DNA from: Candidatus Aegiribacteria sp.
Lineage (GTDB): Bacteria > Fermentibacterota > Fermentibacteria > Fermentibacterales > JCC-6
Direction of reading: 5' to 3'
Length of the DNA stretch: 64,000 bases
Assembly: GCA_046498225.1 (NCBI GenBank)
Contig: JAWOBF010000043.1
Coordinates: 16,957-80,956, forward strand
Shown: positions 46,870-55,675 of the stretch, in pieces
How positions within the stretch are numbered: position 1 is the first letter of the stretch
Layout of the letters: each line of letters opens with the position of its first letter
Program-made: the position numbers and the translations under genes
Notes under the pieces: model-generated
Told to the model about the DNA's origin: nothing
Database searches by the model: none
The model's input: only the letters and a program-made list of their open reading frames with translations

Positions 46870-48246
46870 TCAGTCGAGCTCGGATTCCAGCTCGGCGTCC
46901 GCGAGCCTCGCGGCCCTCTCCAGAGCCTCCTCCGCGCTCATTCTTCCGTATATCGCTATCTCGACGGCCTCGGAGAGGAACATCCTTCCATCGTACCAGA
47001 ACGTTCCCTGGGGCTCGAACTGGGCGTATTCCACCTGAAGCATCACTTCCTCCAGACCCGGATACTCCTGGAATCTCTCCCGTATCGCCGAATGGTCAAG
47101 AGAACTCTCTGTTGCCGGTATGTAACCGGTGGCGGCGCTCCATCTGGCCTGCTGTTCGGGTTCGGTGAACCATTTGATGAACTCCCAGCCCGCCCGGACC
47201 GTGGCGCTGTCGGACCTGAAAAGGATAACGTTGGTGCCCGCTATTATGACGGCTTTCTCCCTTCCGGCGGGAAGGGGGGCTATGCCCAGGGTGAAGACAT
47301 CATCACCGCTGTTCTCCATTCTTTCGACGGTATTCTCAAGGAATGACAGGGAGACCGTGGAGCCCTGGACCATACCCACCTTACCCTCGAGGAAATCATT
47401 CTGATGCGTATACCCCGACGATATCCTGGCGGAGCTGTCGGTGTATATAAGGTGGATCAGCAGCTGAAGGGCCTCTATACCCTCCGGCGAGTTGAACGCG
47501 GTGCTGGAGCTGTCGCTGCTGAGCAGCGCGCCTCCGTTCTGGAGCAGAAGGTTCTCGAACATTCCCACACTGGGATTGAAGGCGGTGCCCCACCTGTCGC
47601 AGTCGTCCATAAGGTCGCCGTCATCGTTGCCGTCATGGGTGAGGGAATCCAGGACCATCCTGTACTCCTCCCAGGTGGCCGGAGGTCGCAGCCCGAGGCT
47701 GTCCATGAGCTGGGTGTTGTAGTAGAGGGCCTGAACGCTCTTGTTGAAGGGGAAACTGTATATCCGGCCATTGTAGGTGTTGTTGCGGCGGAAAACGGTG
47801 AAGAAATCGTTCTCCCATCTCTCCGTCACCGCCGGGTCATCCAGCCGCATAAGCGAATCCAGCGGGACAAGCGCTTCCCCTCTTATCAGCTGTGATGTCC
47901 AGGTCTCGTACGCCTGGGCCACCACCGGAGTGTCCCCGGCCATGACGCTGGCCAGTATCTTCTGGCAGAGGGCCCTGTAGTTGCCCATGCTCACAGGTAT
48001 CACCCTGATACCGGGATGAGTAGCGTTGAACTCCTCTATCAGGGTATCTTCGAGATATTCGCCCAGAGGGCCGCCCATGGCATGCCAGAATATCACCTGG
48101 ACCTCATCGGCGGTGTTCGATGAACCGTCCCCGCAGGCCAGCGCCAGCGCGAGTATCAGGATGGCCGGGCAGGATCTTGTGAGCAGAATCCACCTCCCTG
48201 GATGGAGCCGGAGAATAATGGCTAGTATACTATCTTGAAAATGCAC
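46870..48246 (-). CDS. ABC transporter substrate-binding lipoprotein (family 1, sugar-type)
   Basis: Lipobox LALAC; typical SBP_bac_1 features. Confidence 0.7.
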   Translation of the reverse strand: MHFQDSILAIILRLHPGRWILLTRSCPAILILALALACGDGSSNTADEVQVIFWHAMGGPLGEYLEDTLIEEFNATHPGIRVIPVSMGNYRALCQKILASVMAGDTPVVAQAYETWTSQLIRGEALVPLDSLMRLDDPAVTERWENDFFTVFRRNNTYNGRIYSFPFNKSVQALYYNTQLMDSLGLRPPATWEEYRMVLDSLTHDGNDDGDLMDDCDRWGTAFNPSVGMFENLLLQNGGALLSSDSSSTAFNSPEGIEALQLLIHLIYTDSSARISSGYTHQNDFLEGKVGMVQGSTVSLSFLENTVERMENSGDDVFTLGIAPLPAGREKAVIIAGTNVILFRSDSATVRAGWEFIKWFTEPEQQARWSAATGYIPATESSLDHSAIRERFQEYPGLEEVMLQVEYAQFEPQGTFWYDGRMFLSEAVEIAIYGRMSAEEALERAARLADAELESELD

Positions 48247-48264
48247 CTACCAGAGACACGAAGC

Positions 48265-48528
48265 TCAGGATTCGTCGCAGCGGCCTCCGGCGGGACAGCT
48301 GTCCCCTTTCTCTCCGCAGCTTCCGCCGGCGCAGCCGCCGTCCCCGCCACGGGCGTAGTCCGTAGCGTAAAAACCGGTTCCCTTGAAGATGATGCCAGAA
48401 CCCGTACCTATCATCCTCTCCGCCTCTTCCCCGCAGTCGGGGCAGGCCCTGGGAGCAACATCGTTCATGTTATGGAACACATCAAACCTCAGGCCGCAGC
48501 CTTTACACCTGTATTCGTAAGTCGGCAT
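48265..48528 (-). CDS. FmdB-family zinc-ribbon regulatory protein
   Basis: MPTYEYRCKGCGLRFDV...CPDCG CxxC-x18-CxxC. Confidence 0.7.
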   Translation of the reverse strand: MPTYEYRCKGCGLRFDVFHNMNDVAPRACPDCGEEAERMIGTGSGIIFKGTGFYATDYARGGDGGCAGGSCGEKGDSCPAGGRCDES

Positions 48529-48733
48529 TTGGAACTGTACCTTTCAATGGTTATTCACTGGTTCTTCCTGACATACTGCAACAACCTGTGGAACCGGCGG
48601 GTTCCCGTCCGTATACAGGCAATATTCATTCCAGTCGGCACAAATCCTTAATTTACTGTTCTATATATATTTGCATGTCCACATAACGGTACCGCGCCCG
48701 CAGGCGCGTCAAAGGGACATAGGCGCCGGCCCT

Positions 48734-49777
48734 TCAATCGCGGACGGATGCGCCGGTATCGGTAATATTCAGTTCATCCTCGTGCTCGGCTATCCTGCTG
48801 ACCTGGGATGCTGTCACGCCCTCCCCGATGGCCGCCACCAGCCCCACCAGTATGACGGGAATGAACTGGGTGGTATGAAATACCAGTGCCAGCACCCTGG
48901 CGGTTTCCGCCGTGATGCCCGCCAGCCCCGGCAGTACCAGTACCAGCGCTCCGTGCACCGTGCCCGTTCCCGCCGGAGTCGGTATGAGCATTCCCAGTCC
49001 CGCCAGGACCAGGACCATTACAGGGTAGTACCACATCATGGCCAGACGCATGGCCCAGAAGACGGGTATCACCGAAAGGGTCAGTGACGTCCAGACAAGC
49101 AGGGACAGCAGACCGACCCTGAGGGTGTCCTTCCAGTCCCTCATTATCTCCAGCCCTTCGGCGAAGGACATCAGTAGTCCCTCCGTCTTCTTCCCCAGGG
49201 ACTCGAGGCCGACCCACTTCAGAGGCAGTGACAGGGCTCCGGCCGCCCTTTCCCTGAACCTTCCGAGGAGTATCAGGACAGTCAGAACGCTAAGGTAAAG
49301 CAGGCCCGCCGCCATCAGCCCCGCCCTTATGCCTCCATCCAGCCTGTCCCACAGCACCGTCAGCGCCAGAAGTGTCATGGCGGCCAGGGTGAGGCCGTCG
49401 AACAGCCTCGCCAGCACCACCGTCGCGAAAGAACCCGCCCTGGGAACCGAGGTCCTGCGTGACAGCAGCAGCGCCCTGAGTATCTCACCGACCCGCCCGG
49501 GAAGTAGCGTATTGACGAAAAAACCCGTTATCAGAGGACCCGAGGCGTCCCCGACGGAAACCTTCTCCATGGGAGAAAGCAGTTTCCTCCACCTGACGAC
49601 CCTGAAGAGATAACTGAGGACAAGCGGCGGCAGCACCAGCAGAAGGACCGGCCACTGCATATCGCGCAGGGCACCGAGCAGAGCTTCCGTATCGGTCTTC
49701 CTGTAGGTGAGGTAGAGAGCGACGCCGGCTATGACAAGTCCCGGGACCAGGTGCTTCCATAGGACTCCCTTTTTCAA
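48734..49777 (-). CDS. UPF0104/lysylphosphatidylglycerol-synthase-TM-like (flippase-like) membrane protein
   Basis: 8 TM helices, LLPGRVGEILRALLL motif of LPG_synthase_TM family. Confidence 0.65.
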   Translation of the reverse strand: MKKGVLWKHLVPGLVIAGVALYLTYRKTDTEALLGALRDMQWPVLLLVLPPLVLSYLFRVVRWRKLLSPMEKVSVGDASGPLITGFFVNTLLPGRVGEILRALLLSRRTSVPRAGSFATVVLARLFDGLTLAAMTLLALTVLWDRLDGGIRAGLMAAGLLYLSVLTVLILLGRFRERAAGALSLPLKWVGLESLGKKTEGLLMSFAEGLEIMRDWKDTLRVGLLSLLVWTSLTLSVIPVFWAMRLAMMWYYPVMVLVLAGLGMLIPTPAGTGTVHGALVLVLPGLAGITAETARVLALVFHTTQFIPVILVGLVAAIGEGVTASQVSRIAEHEDELNITDTGASVRD

Positions 49778-50347
49778 TCAGTCATCCCCCCTGCCGCGGA
49801 AGGCTTTTTCTACCGCGTCACAGACGGCGTGGCCCGCTATCAGCAGAGCTTCCTGCACATGGCTGGTCTCCGGGGATTCCGCAGATACGCATACATCGGA
49901 AAGGCGGCCCACGGCTCCTTCCGCCGCTCCGGTGAAGCCGATGGTCTTCATTCCCATCTCCCTGGCCTTCTCCATGGCCTTTATCACGTTCATGGATCCG
50001 CCGCTGGTGGATATTCCCACCAGAAGGTCCCCGGGGCGGCCCAGAGCCTCCACCTGTCTGGAGAAGACAAGGGAATAATCGTAATCATTGGCTATCGCGG
50101 TGATAACGGCGGAATTAGCGGTTATGGCCACCGCCGGCAGAGCCCTTCGGTCCATTCTGAACCTGCCCACCAGCTCCCCGGCGAAATGCTGTGAATCGGC
50201 CGCGCTGCCTCCGTTGCCGCAGAAAAATACAGTCCCCCCGTTCCCGATACATTCGACACAGAGTTCCGCCGCCTTCCGGACAGCGTTCCCGTTCAGGGAC
50301 GCGGTGGCTTCCCGGGCGGCCGCGAGATAACGCTCTATATCAGACAT
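49778..50347 (-). CDS. gmhA: D-sedoheptulose-7-phosphate isomerase (SIS domain)
   Basis: Start ATG 50347 (MSDIERYL) with GGAAGG RBS; FFCGNGGSAADSQHFAGEL, GISTSGGS. Confidence 0.75.
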   Translation of the reverse strand: MSDIERYLAAAREATASLNGNAVRKAAELCVECIGNGGTVFFCGNGGSAADSQHFAGELVGRFRMDRRALPAVAITANSAVITAIANDYDYSLVFSRQVEALGRPGDLLVGISTSGGSMNVIKAMEKAREMGMKTIGFTGAAEGAVGRLSDVCVSAESPETSHVQEALLIAGHAVCDAVEKAFRGRGDD

Positions 50348-51149
50348 TCCGTTCCTTCCATCGTTCAAGGGCGTCCTGAATGGCCGGCAGTTCAACCCCT
50401 CTCGAGGTGCCGAGTTCCGAATAGAAGGGTCTGGGGGCATCAAGGTCAAGGTCGGCCCACTCCACGTACCGGACTTCGCCTCCGGTCTCGCCGGCCGCCA
50501 GGTCGGCCACTCGGGCCGGGGTCATGCCCGGCCTGTTGACCAGATGGAACACCCCGCTCCGGCCCTGTTCCATCAGCCCTATCATCGCCGCGGCCAGGTC
50601 AGGCGCGTATGTCAGGCAGGCCTGCTGATCGCTGACCGCCATCACCTTGCCCCCGCGGGAAAGACTTCTCCAGATGAAAGGGACCATGCCTTCCCTGTCC
50701 GAGAACATCCATGAAGTGCGGACCACGATATTACGGTGGCCGGACCCCAGCGCCTCAAATTCCCCCAGAAGCTTGCTCCTGCCGTACAGGTTCGCCGGAA
50801 GGGTCCTGTCATCCTCCAGGAAAGGCCTGCTGCGCCCCTTCTCCCCGGTGAAGACATGGTCCGTGGAAATGGTCAGCAGTCTTCTGCCGGCCGCGGCCAG
50901 GTTCGCCACTCCGTCCCGGTGAACCCTCATTGCCAGTTCCGGCTCCCTCTCGCACCTGTCCACATCGGTGACCGCGGCGCAGTTCACTATCCATGAAGGG
51001 TCCCAGGTATCCACCGCGGCCCGAACCGAATCGGCGGAAGTCACATCCAGACCGGGAAGGTCAGTGCCCGCCGCTCTTTCGCCCAGCAGCCGGAGAAGCG
51101 CCCTGCCCAGCTGTCCCGAGGCGCCTGTTATCAGGAATTCAGCTTTCAT
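50340..51149 (-). CDS. rfbD: dTDP-4-dehydrorhamnose reductase-like NAD(P)-dependent reductase
   Basis: ITGASGQLG Rossmann, YGRSK catalytic motif, 269 aa. Confidence 0.65.
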   Translation of the reverse strand: MKAEFLITGASGQLGRALLRLLGERAAGTDLPGLDVTSADSVRAAVDTWDPSWIVNCAAVTDVDRCEREPELAMRVHRDGVANLAAAGRRLLTISTDHVFTGEKGRSRPFLEDDRTLPANLYGRSKLLGEFEALGSGHRNIVVRTSWMFSDREGMVPFIWRSLSRGGKVMAVSDQQACLTYAPDLAAAMIGLMEQGRSGVFHLVNRPGMTPARVADLAAGETGGEVRYVEWADLDLDAPRPFYSELGTSRGVELPAIQDALERWKERNV

Positions 51150-51315
51150 CTCAACTTTCTTCAGAACAGAGACGGCCTGGACTGAGGAGCCCTGACCGTC
51201 CGGGGTATCCCGGGTGGCCCGGGCTATGTATTCCTGGAACTATACGAAAGAAAGCGTGCTTAAGTAAATGGAAGCGGAAACAGCAACCGGAAAGGGCGAA
51301 GGGGGAGAAGGTGGA

Positions 51316-51753
51316 ATGATGATCAGGGCGGTACTCCCGGCGCTGCTCCTTGTTCTCGTTCAGTCAGCTGCCAGGGGAGATGAGGCGGCGGCGCTGAAGC
51401 GCTTGCTGAACATGGTGGAGACTTTCCAGGAGATGGGTGATGAGGTCATGGGGGAGCCGGTAACGGGAACACTGGCGCTTGGGGACACGGTCGACCTGGA
51501 ACTGGCCCTGGACAGCAGTTTCATGTACCATGTCCACGTCTGGTCGGATTCCTATTTCAATATCCTGGACGTATGGCTCACCGACCCGGGAGGTGAGCGG
51601 TGGGGTGTCGCCGGAGGGGACAACGCTTCCCTGGCCGTCTACCCGGACACCTCGGGAACCTGGACCCTGAACCTGCTTCTGCTGGAGGGCGCCTACTCCG
51701 ACTCCGCCTCCTACGCCGCGGCCCTGTTCAGGGGGTGGCGCTATACCGATTGA
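51316..51753 (+). CDS. small secreted hypothetical protein
   Basis: ATGATG at 51316 after GAAGGTGGA; signal peptide MMIRAVLPALLLVLVQSAA. Confidence 0.4.
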   Translation: MMIRAVLPALLLVLVQSAARGDEAAALKRLLNMVETFQEMGDEVMGEPVTGTLALGDTVDLELALDSSFMYHVHVWSDSYFNILDVWLTDPGGERWGVAGGDNASLAVYPDTSGTWTLNLLLLEGAYSDSASYAAALFRGWRYTD

Positions 51754-52400
51754 CCGCCTTCGGTTCCGCCGCCGGAGATGATCTCCTCCGCCGAACTCTG
51801 TGGCAGGATGATAAGCTCAGCCGAGGACCCCTTGCCGCATCTCAGGACCGCGTGGACCGCGGGACCGCCCTTCCGTCCCACCGGCTGAAGAGTCTCCGGA
51901 CCCAGGTTCCAGGTCGAACAGCCAAGCATCATGACCGGGAGCATGGACGGTCTGCCCACCAGCAGGAAGCATCCGCCGGGAACGAGCAGGTGGGCCGCCG
52001 CTCTGATGAAATTCAGCACCAGAAGTTCCGAACCGGTCCTTGATACCGACCTGGAAGGGCAGGGGCTCACCCTGCCCCGCCCCGCAGAGGTAAAGGGGGG
52101 ATTGCAGATTACAGCATCCGCGGCTTCCCCGGGAAGGGCCCGGGGTACGTCCTCCACCCTGCAGCAGACGGCATTGAGGCTTGAACTCCCGAAGGTACGC
52201 ATCATCTCCGCCAGGGGGCGGGGACGGATATCTATACCTATCCACCGGCAACCGGGATTTTTTTCTGAAGCGGCTTCCATGGCGCCGCCGGAGCCGCAGC
52301 CGAGGTCCACCACCGTTGAACCGGGAGGGACCGAGAGAAGGGAAGCAAGAAGGAGTGTATCGGTAGTTACCGGAGCTCCCGGGTCCCCTCCGCCTTCCAT
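51741..52400 (-). CDS. class I SAM-dependent methyltransferase (N6-adenine/N5-glutamine type, NPPF motif)
   Basis: VVDLGCGSGG motif I and ICNPPF motif IV. Confidence 0.6.
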   Translation of the reverse strand: MEGGGDPGAPVTTDTLLLASLLSVPPGSTVVDLGCGSGGAMEAASEKNPGCRWIGIDIRPRPLAEMMRTFGSSSLNAVCCRVEDVPRALPGEAADAVICNPPFTSAGRGRVSPCPSRSVSRTGSELLVLNFIRAAAHLLVPGGCFLLVGRPSMLPVMMLGCSTWNLGPETLQPVGRKGGPAVHAVLRCGKGSSAELIILPQSSAEEIISGGGTEGGQSV

Positions 52401-53021
52401 CTACCTGAAGGTGGCCTTGGCCACGCCCCAGGTGTAGTACTCTCCGGTGTAGTCGTCGGGTCTGTAATCGTACCATCTCCTGATCGACCAGAGACCGTAG
52501 CTGTCCTCCACCATCAGGAACATCACCCTGCCTATGGCGGGGCTGTCCCAGCCGGCGTAGTCGCTTCCGGCGGCCACTATCTGGTAATCCCTCCACAGCT
52601 CGGCGGAATCCGAAGGCGCCACCGGGTCCGGCAGCGTGGGCACCGTTTGCATCACCACGGACAGCAGGCTGTCCTCCGGCAGACCCGATCCCTCCACGGA
52701 GCTGTATATGTTCATCAGGGTGTTCTGCTCCACCTGGTAGTCCCATTCGCTGAAATCCCATGAGCCGCCGAACTCCGCTATATCCGCTCCGTCGGCGATG
52801 AAGTAGTAGGATGAGTCGCAGCAGGCCATGGTTATCGATACAGACCGTCCCTCCATGGCGCTCTCCAGGTTCACTATGACGGTTGTGGGGGAGTACGGCT
52901 GCTGCCACTGGATCTCTTCCCCGGGGTCCGGATCCTCCGGGTCCCTGGGGTCGAAGAAGGAGCAGGAAAGCAGCGTCGCGCATATGACCGCGAGCGTCAT
53001 CTCAATGTACCGGTCTCTCAT
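52401..53021 (-). CDS. lipoprotein of unknown function (paralog of 14196-14750)
   Basis: Lipobox ATLLSC; C-terminal EDSYGLWSIRRWYD motif. Confidence 0.5.
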   Translation of the reverse strand: MRDRYIEMTLAVICATLLSCSFFDPRDPEDPDPGEEIQWQQPYSPTTVIVNLESAMEGRSVSITMACCDSSYYFIADGADIAEFGGSWDFSEWDYQVEQNTLMNIYSSVEGSGLPEDSLLSVVMQTVPTLPDPVAPSDSAELWRDYQIVAAGSDYAGWDSPAIGRVMFLMVEDSYGLWSIRRWYDYRPDDYTGEYYTWGVAKATFR

Positions 53022-53033
53022 TCTCTCTCCCGA

Positions 53034-54860
53034 CTAGAACTGATAGTTCATGCCTACCGAGGCTTTCCAGTAGCTTTCCCTGTCGTCCCTGGAATAGAAG
53101 GAGCGGGTAACGTTCAGGTTCAGCGTACCGCTTCCGAGGTTCATCCTGGTCTTCAGTCCCACGTGATGTATGTGCTCCACCCGCGACGGTATGCTCTGGG
53201 CCAGGTAATTCCTCCTCTGGTACTCCCAGGCGTAGCTGGGGGTCAGGCCGGTATTGCCGCTGACATGGAAACCCAGGTTCAGCTGGATCCTGTTGTTGAT
53301 CACTTCTTCGGACCTAAGGAAGACGGAGTTGGTGTAGCTGCCCTGGTCCTGGAAACGGAACGTATGAGTTACGCCGAGGGCGGTGCTGTCCTGGGACACC
53401 CTCTGGAACGAGGTGTTGGTATTGACCCTCCTGAAGAGCAGGTCGTTGCCGGCGGAGGAGTACTCCGGAAAGAGGAAGGTTGTGTAATCCGCGCTGAGCT
53501 TGATCGATTCTTCAAGGGTCCAGTCCCCGCCGGCCGAGTATTCGAAGCCCGGCTCGAAGCTGTAGGTGGAGGACCTCTTGCTGTTGCCGGACTGCTCGGA
53601 CATGATGTAGATGGTCTCCCTGCTCTGTCCCTGTATCACCGCGTTGAATGTAATCCTATCGCTCACAGGCAGCTCCGAACTCAGCGAAAGCACCTGTCTT
53701 GTCTGGTCGTAGTCGTAATTGTCCGTATGCTCGATGCCCCATATATCCGTCCAGGTGCCGTAGGTATCACGCTTAAGAAGATGCACCGACCTGACGAAGG
53801 TGATGCGGCTTTCTCCCGGAGTATAATCCAGGGCCGCGGTGAACAGGCGGTCATCATCTATGTAGTAGGTATCGAACAGGGTTTCCACTCCGGTTGCGGT
53901 CCGCTTCTGGTCGACCCGGAGTATGTTCCTGGAGAGATTGAGGTTCAGCTTCACTTCATCCATTATCTGGTAACGGAGGGAGGATGATATGTCCCTGTTG
54001 TTCTCCGTCCTGTCCAGGATATCGTCCTGGCTGCCGGCCGAATCGGGGTCGGCATACTCGTAGAACCTGTCGGAATATCTCCATCCGGTGGCTACTTCCA
54101 TGGACACGTTCTCCCAGGGTATCGGCACCACCATGGCCAGACCGCTGGAGAGATCGTCCTGTCTCTGCGTCCTGTTGGAATCATTGTAGGTAATGAACAG
54201 CTTCGAGGCTCTTACCTGGGCATCCAGGCTGCCGCCCCTGAACTGCCGAGGAAAATCGTATCCTATGCGAACTGCGAGGTTGTCGTTCCCGGTATCCTTC
54301 TGGTAGCCCAGTGTCCTGCGCTCGGCGAAGGAGATGTTCCCGGCGAGGCCGGGCAGGATGTCCCGGTTCAGGGTGATATCGGCGTTCCTCACTCCGCCCT
54401 CGTCGTAACCGGTTATTGTACTGTCGCCGGAGGGATTCATGTAGTCAACGAAATGGGCCCCCAGGCTCATGTTGACCGTGAGCCAGGAATTCGGTCTGTA
54501 GCGGATCTGCCCGGAGGTGGTGTTGTTCAGCTGGTCCCTGATGATCTCCCCGTTCTTCTCCTCGGAGCTGACCGTGCGTGACAGGTTCAGGCCGAGTTCG
54601 ATGCCCCGGGCGGGAACGAAGGTGAGATTCGCGTTGCCCGTCCTGCCGTCCAGAAACCTGTCCAGGTCCTGGTTCTTCTCACCGGTGAACGTGGCGGTGG
54701 CGTTCATGGATATCCTGCTGGTGAGCTGCTGTTGAAGGGAGAGGGAGTTCATCAGCTTCATCCTGTCCTTGAACTGGTCGAGTTCCACGTTGTAGCCGAT
54801 GGTCACCCCTCCCGCAACGCCGGCGAGGGTAAGGAGAGCCAGCAGCGCCGGGGTCCTCAT
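53034..54860 (-). CDS. large outer-membrane beta-barrel protein (possible LptD-like)
   Basis: Signal peptide, 608 aa of alternating beta strands, terminal NYQF; overlaps ksgA stop by 4 nt. Confidence 0.55.
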   Translation of the reverse strand: MRTPALLALLTLAGVAGGVTIGYNVELDQFKDRMKLMNSLSLQQQLTSRISMNATATFTGEKNQDLDRFLDGRTGNANLTFVPARGIELGLNLSRTVSSEEKNGEIIRDQLNNTTSGQIRYRPNSWLTVNMSLGAHFVDYMNPSGDSTITGYDEGGVRNADITLNRDILPGLAGNISFAERRTLGYQKDTGNDNLAVRIGYDFPRQFRGGSLDAQVRASKLFITYNDSNRTQRQDDLSSGLAMVVPIPWENVSMEVATGWRYSDRFYEYADPDSAGSQDDILDRTENNRDISSSLRYQIMDEVKLNLNLSRNILRVDQKRTATGVETLFDTYYIDDDRLFTAALDYTPGESRITFVRSVHLLKRDTYGTWTDIWGIEHTDNYDYDQTRQVLSLSSELPVSDRITFNAVIQGQSRETIYIMSEQSGNSKRSSTYSFEPGFEYSAGGDWTLEESIKLSADYTTFLFPEYSSAGNDLLFRRVNTNTSFQRVSQDSTALGVTHTFRFQDQGSYTNSVFLRSEEVINNRIQLNLGFHVSGNTGLTPSYAWEYQRRNYLAQSIPSRVEHIHHVGLKTRMNLGSGTLNLNVTRSFYSRDDRESYWKASVGMNYQF

Positions 54861-55675
54861 GACAGCTTCTCCGCCATGGAGAGGAACTTGTCCGGGGGTA
54901 TCTGCTCCGCCCTGCGGCCGGGCGCTACACCGGCGTCCTTCAGAAGGGCCAGAGCTTCATCCCTGCCCAGTGCGGCCTTCAGATTGTTCAGAATGGTCTT
55001 CCTCCTCATGGAGAAGGATACCTTCACAAGCCTTCTGTACACCGCGAAATCATCCGTGTTCAGCAGCGGCTCCTCTCTCCTTTTCAGTACAACGACCCTG
55101 GAATGCACCTCCGGGACCGGATAGAAATCCTCGGGCCCCGCGTCCAGCAGCGTCTCCACCAAGAACAGGGGCCAGAACTGAAGTGAAAGTTTACCGTAAT
55201 CCTTTCCGCCGTCAAGGGCCGCCAGTCTCGCCGCCACCTCTCTCTGCAGCATCAGGACCGCAGTGCGGACGTCCCGGAACCCATCTTCAAGCAGCCGGAA
55301 GAGTATGGGAGAGGAGATGGAATAGGGCAGGTTTCCGGCAAGGACGGCAAAAGGGAATCCGGGAAGAGAAGCGGGGTCCACCCGCAGAAAATCGGAATTG
55401 ACCACGTTCACGGCATCCCCCCGGAACCTGTCCAGAAGAAAATCGGACATCCTCGCGGATATCTCCACCAGGGTCAGCTCCGCGCATCTTTGAACCAGCC
55501 TCTCAGTCAGGGCCCCGAATCCGGGGCCCACCTCCAGGACGCTCTCCCCCCGGGGAACGGCGGCGGCGATACCGGCGGCGATTGACGGGTTGACCAGGAA
55601 GTTCTGCCCCAGGTTCCTGTCCGGAGACAGTCCCGCCTTCCTCAGGTTCCGTCTCAGCCGGGTGAGCAGCATCAT
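54857..55675 (-). CDS. rsmA: 16S rRNA (adenine1518/1519-N6)-dimethyltransferase
   Basis: LGQNFLVNP, VLEVGPGFGALT, NLPY motifs. Confidence 0.85.
   Translation of the reverse strand: MMLLTRLRRNLRKAGLSPDRNLGQNFLVNPSIAAGIAAAVPRGESVLEVGPGFGALTERLVQRCAELTLVEISARMSDFLLDRFRGDAVNVVNSDFLRVDPASLPGFPFAVLAGNLPYSISSPILFRLLEDGFRDVRTAVLMLQREVAARLAALDGGKDYGKLSLQFWPLFLVETLLDAGPEDFYPVPEVHSRVVVLKRREEPLLNTDDFAVYRRLVKVSFSMRRKTILNNLKAALGRDEALALLKDAGVAPGRRAEQIPPDKFLSMAEKLS

Noticed and set aside
46120-47346. 408-aa plus-strand ORF
   Set aside because: Antisense spanning two minus-strand genes (CTD cargo and SBP)
51817-52983. 388-aa minus-strand ORF
   Set aside because: Out-of-frame overlap of methyltransferase and lipoprotein genes; Arg/Gly-rich
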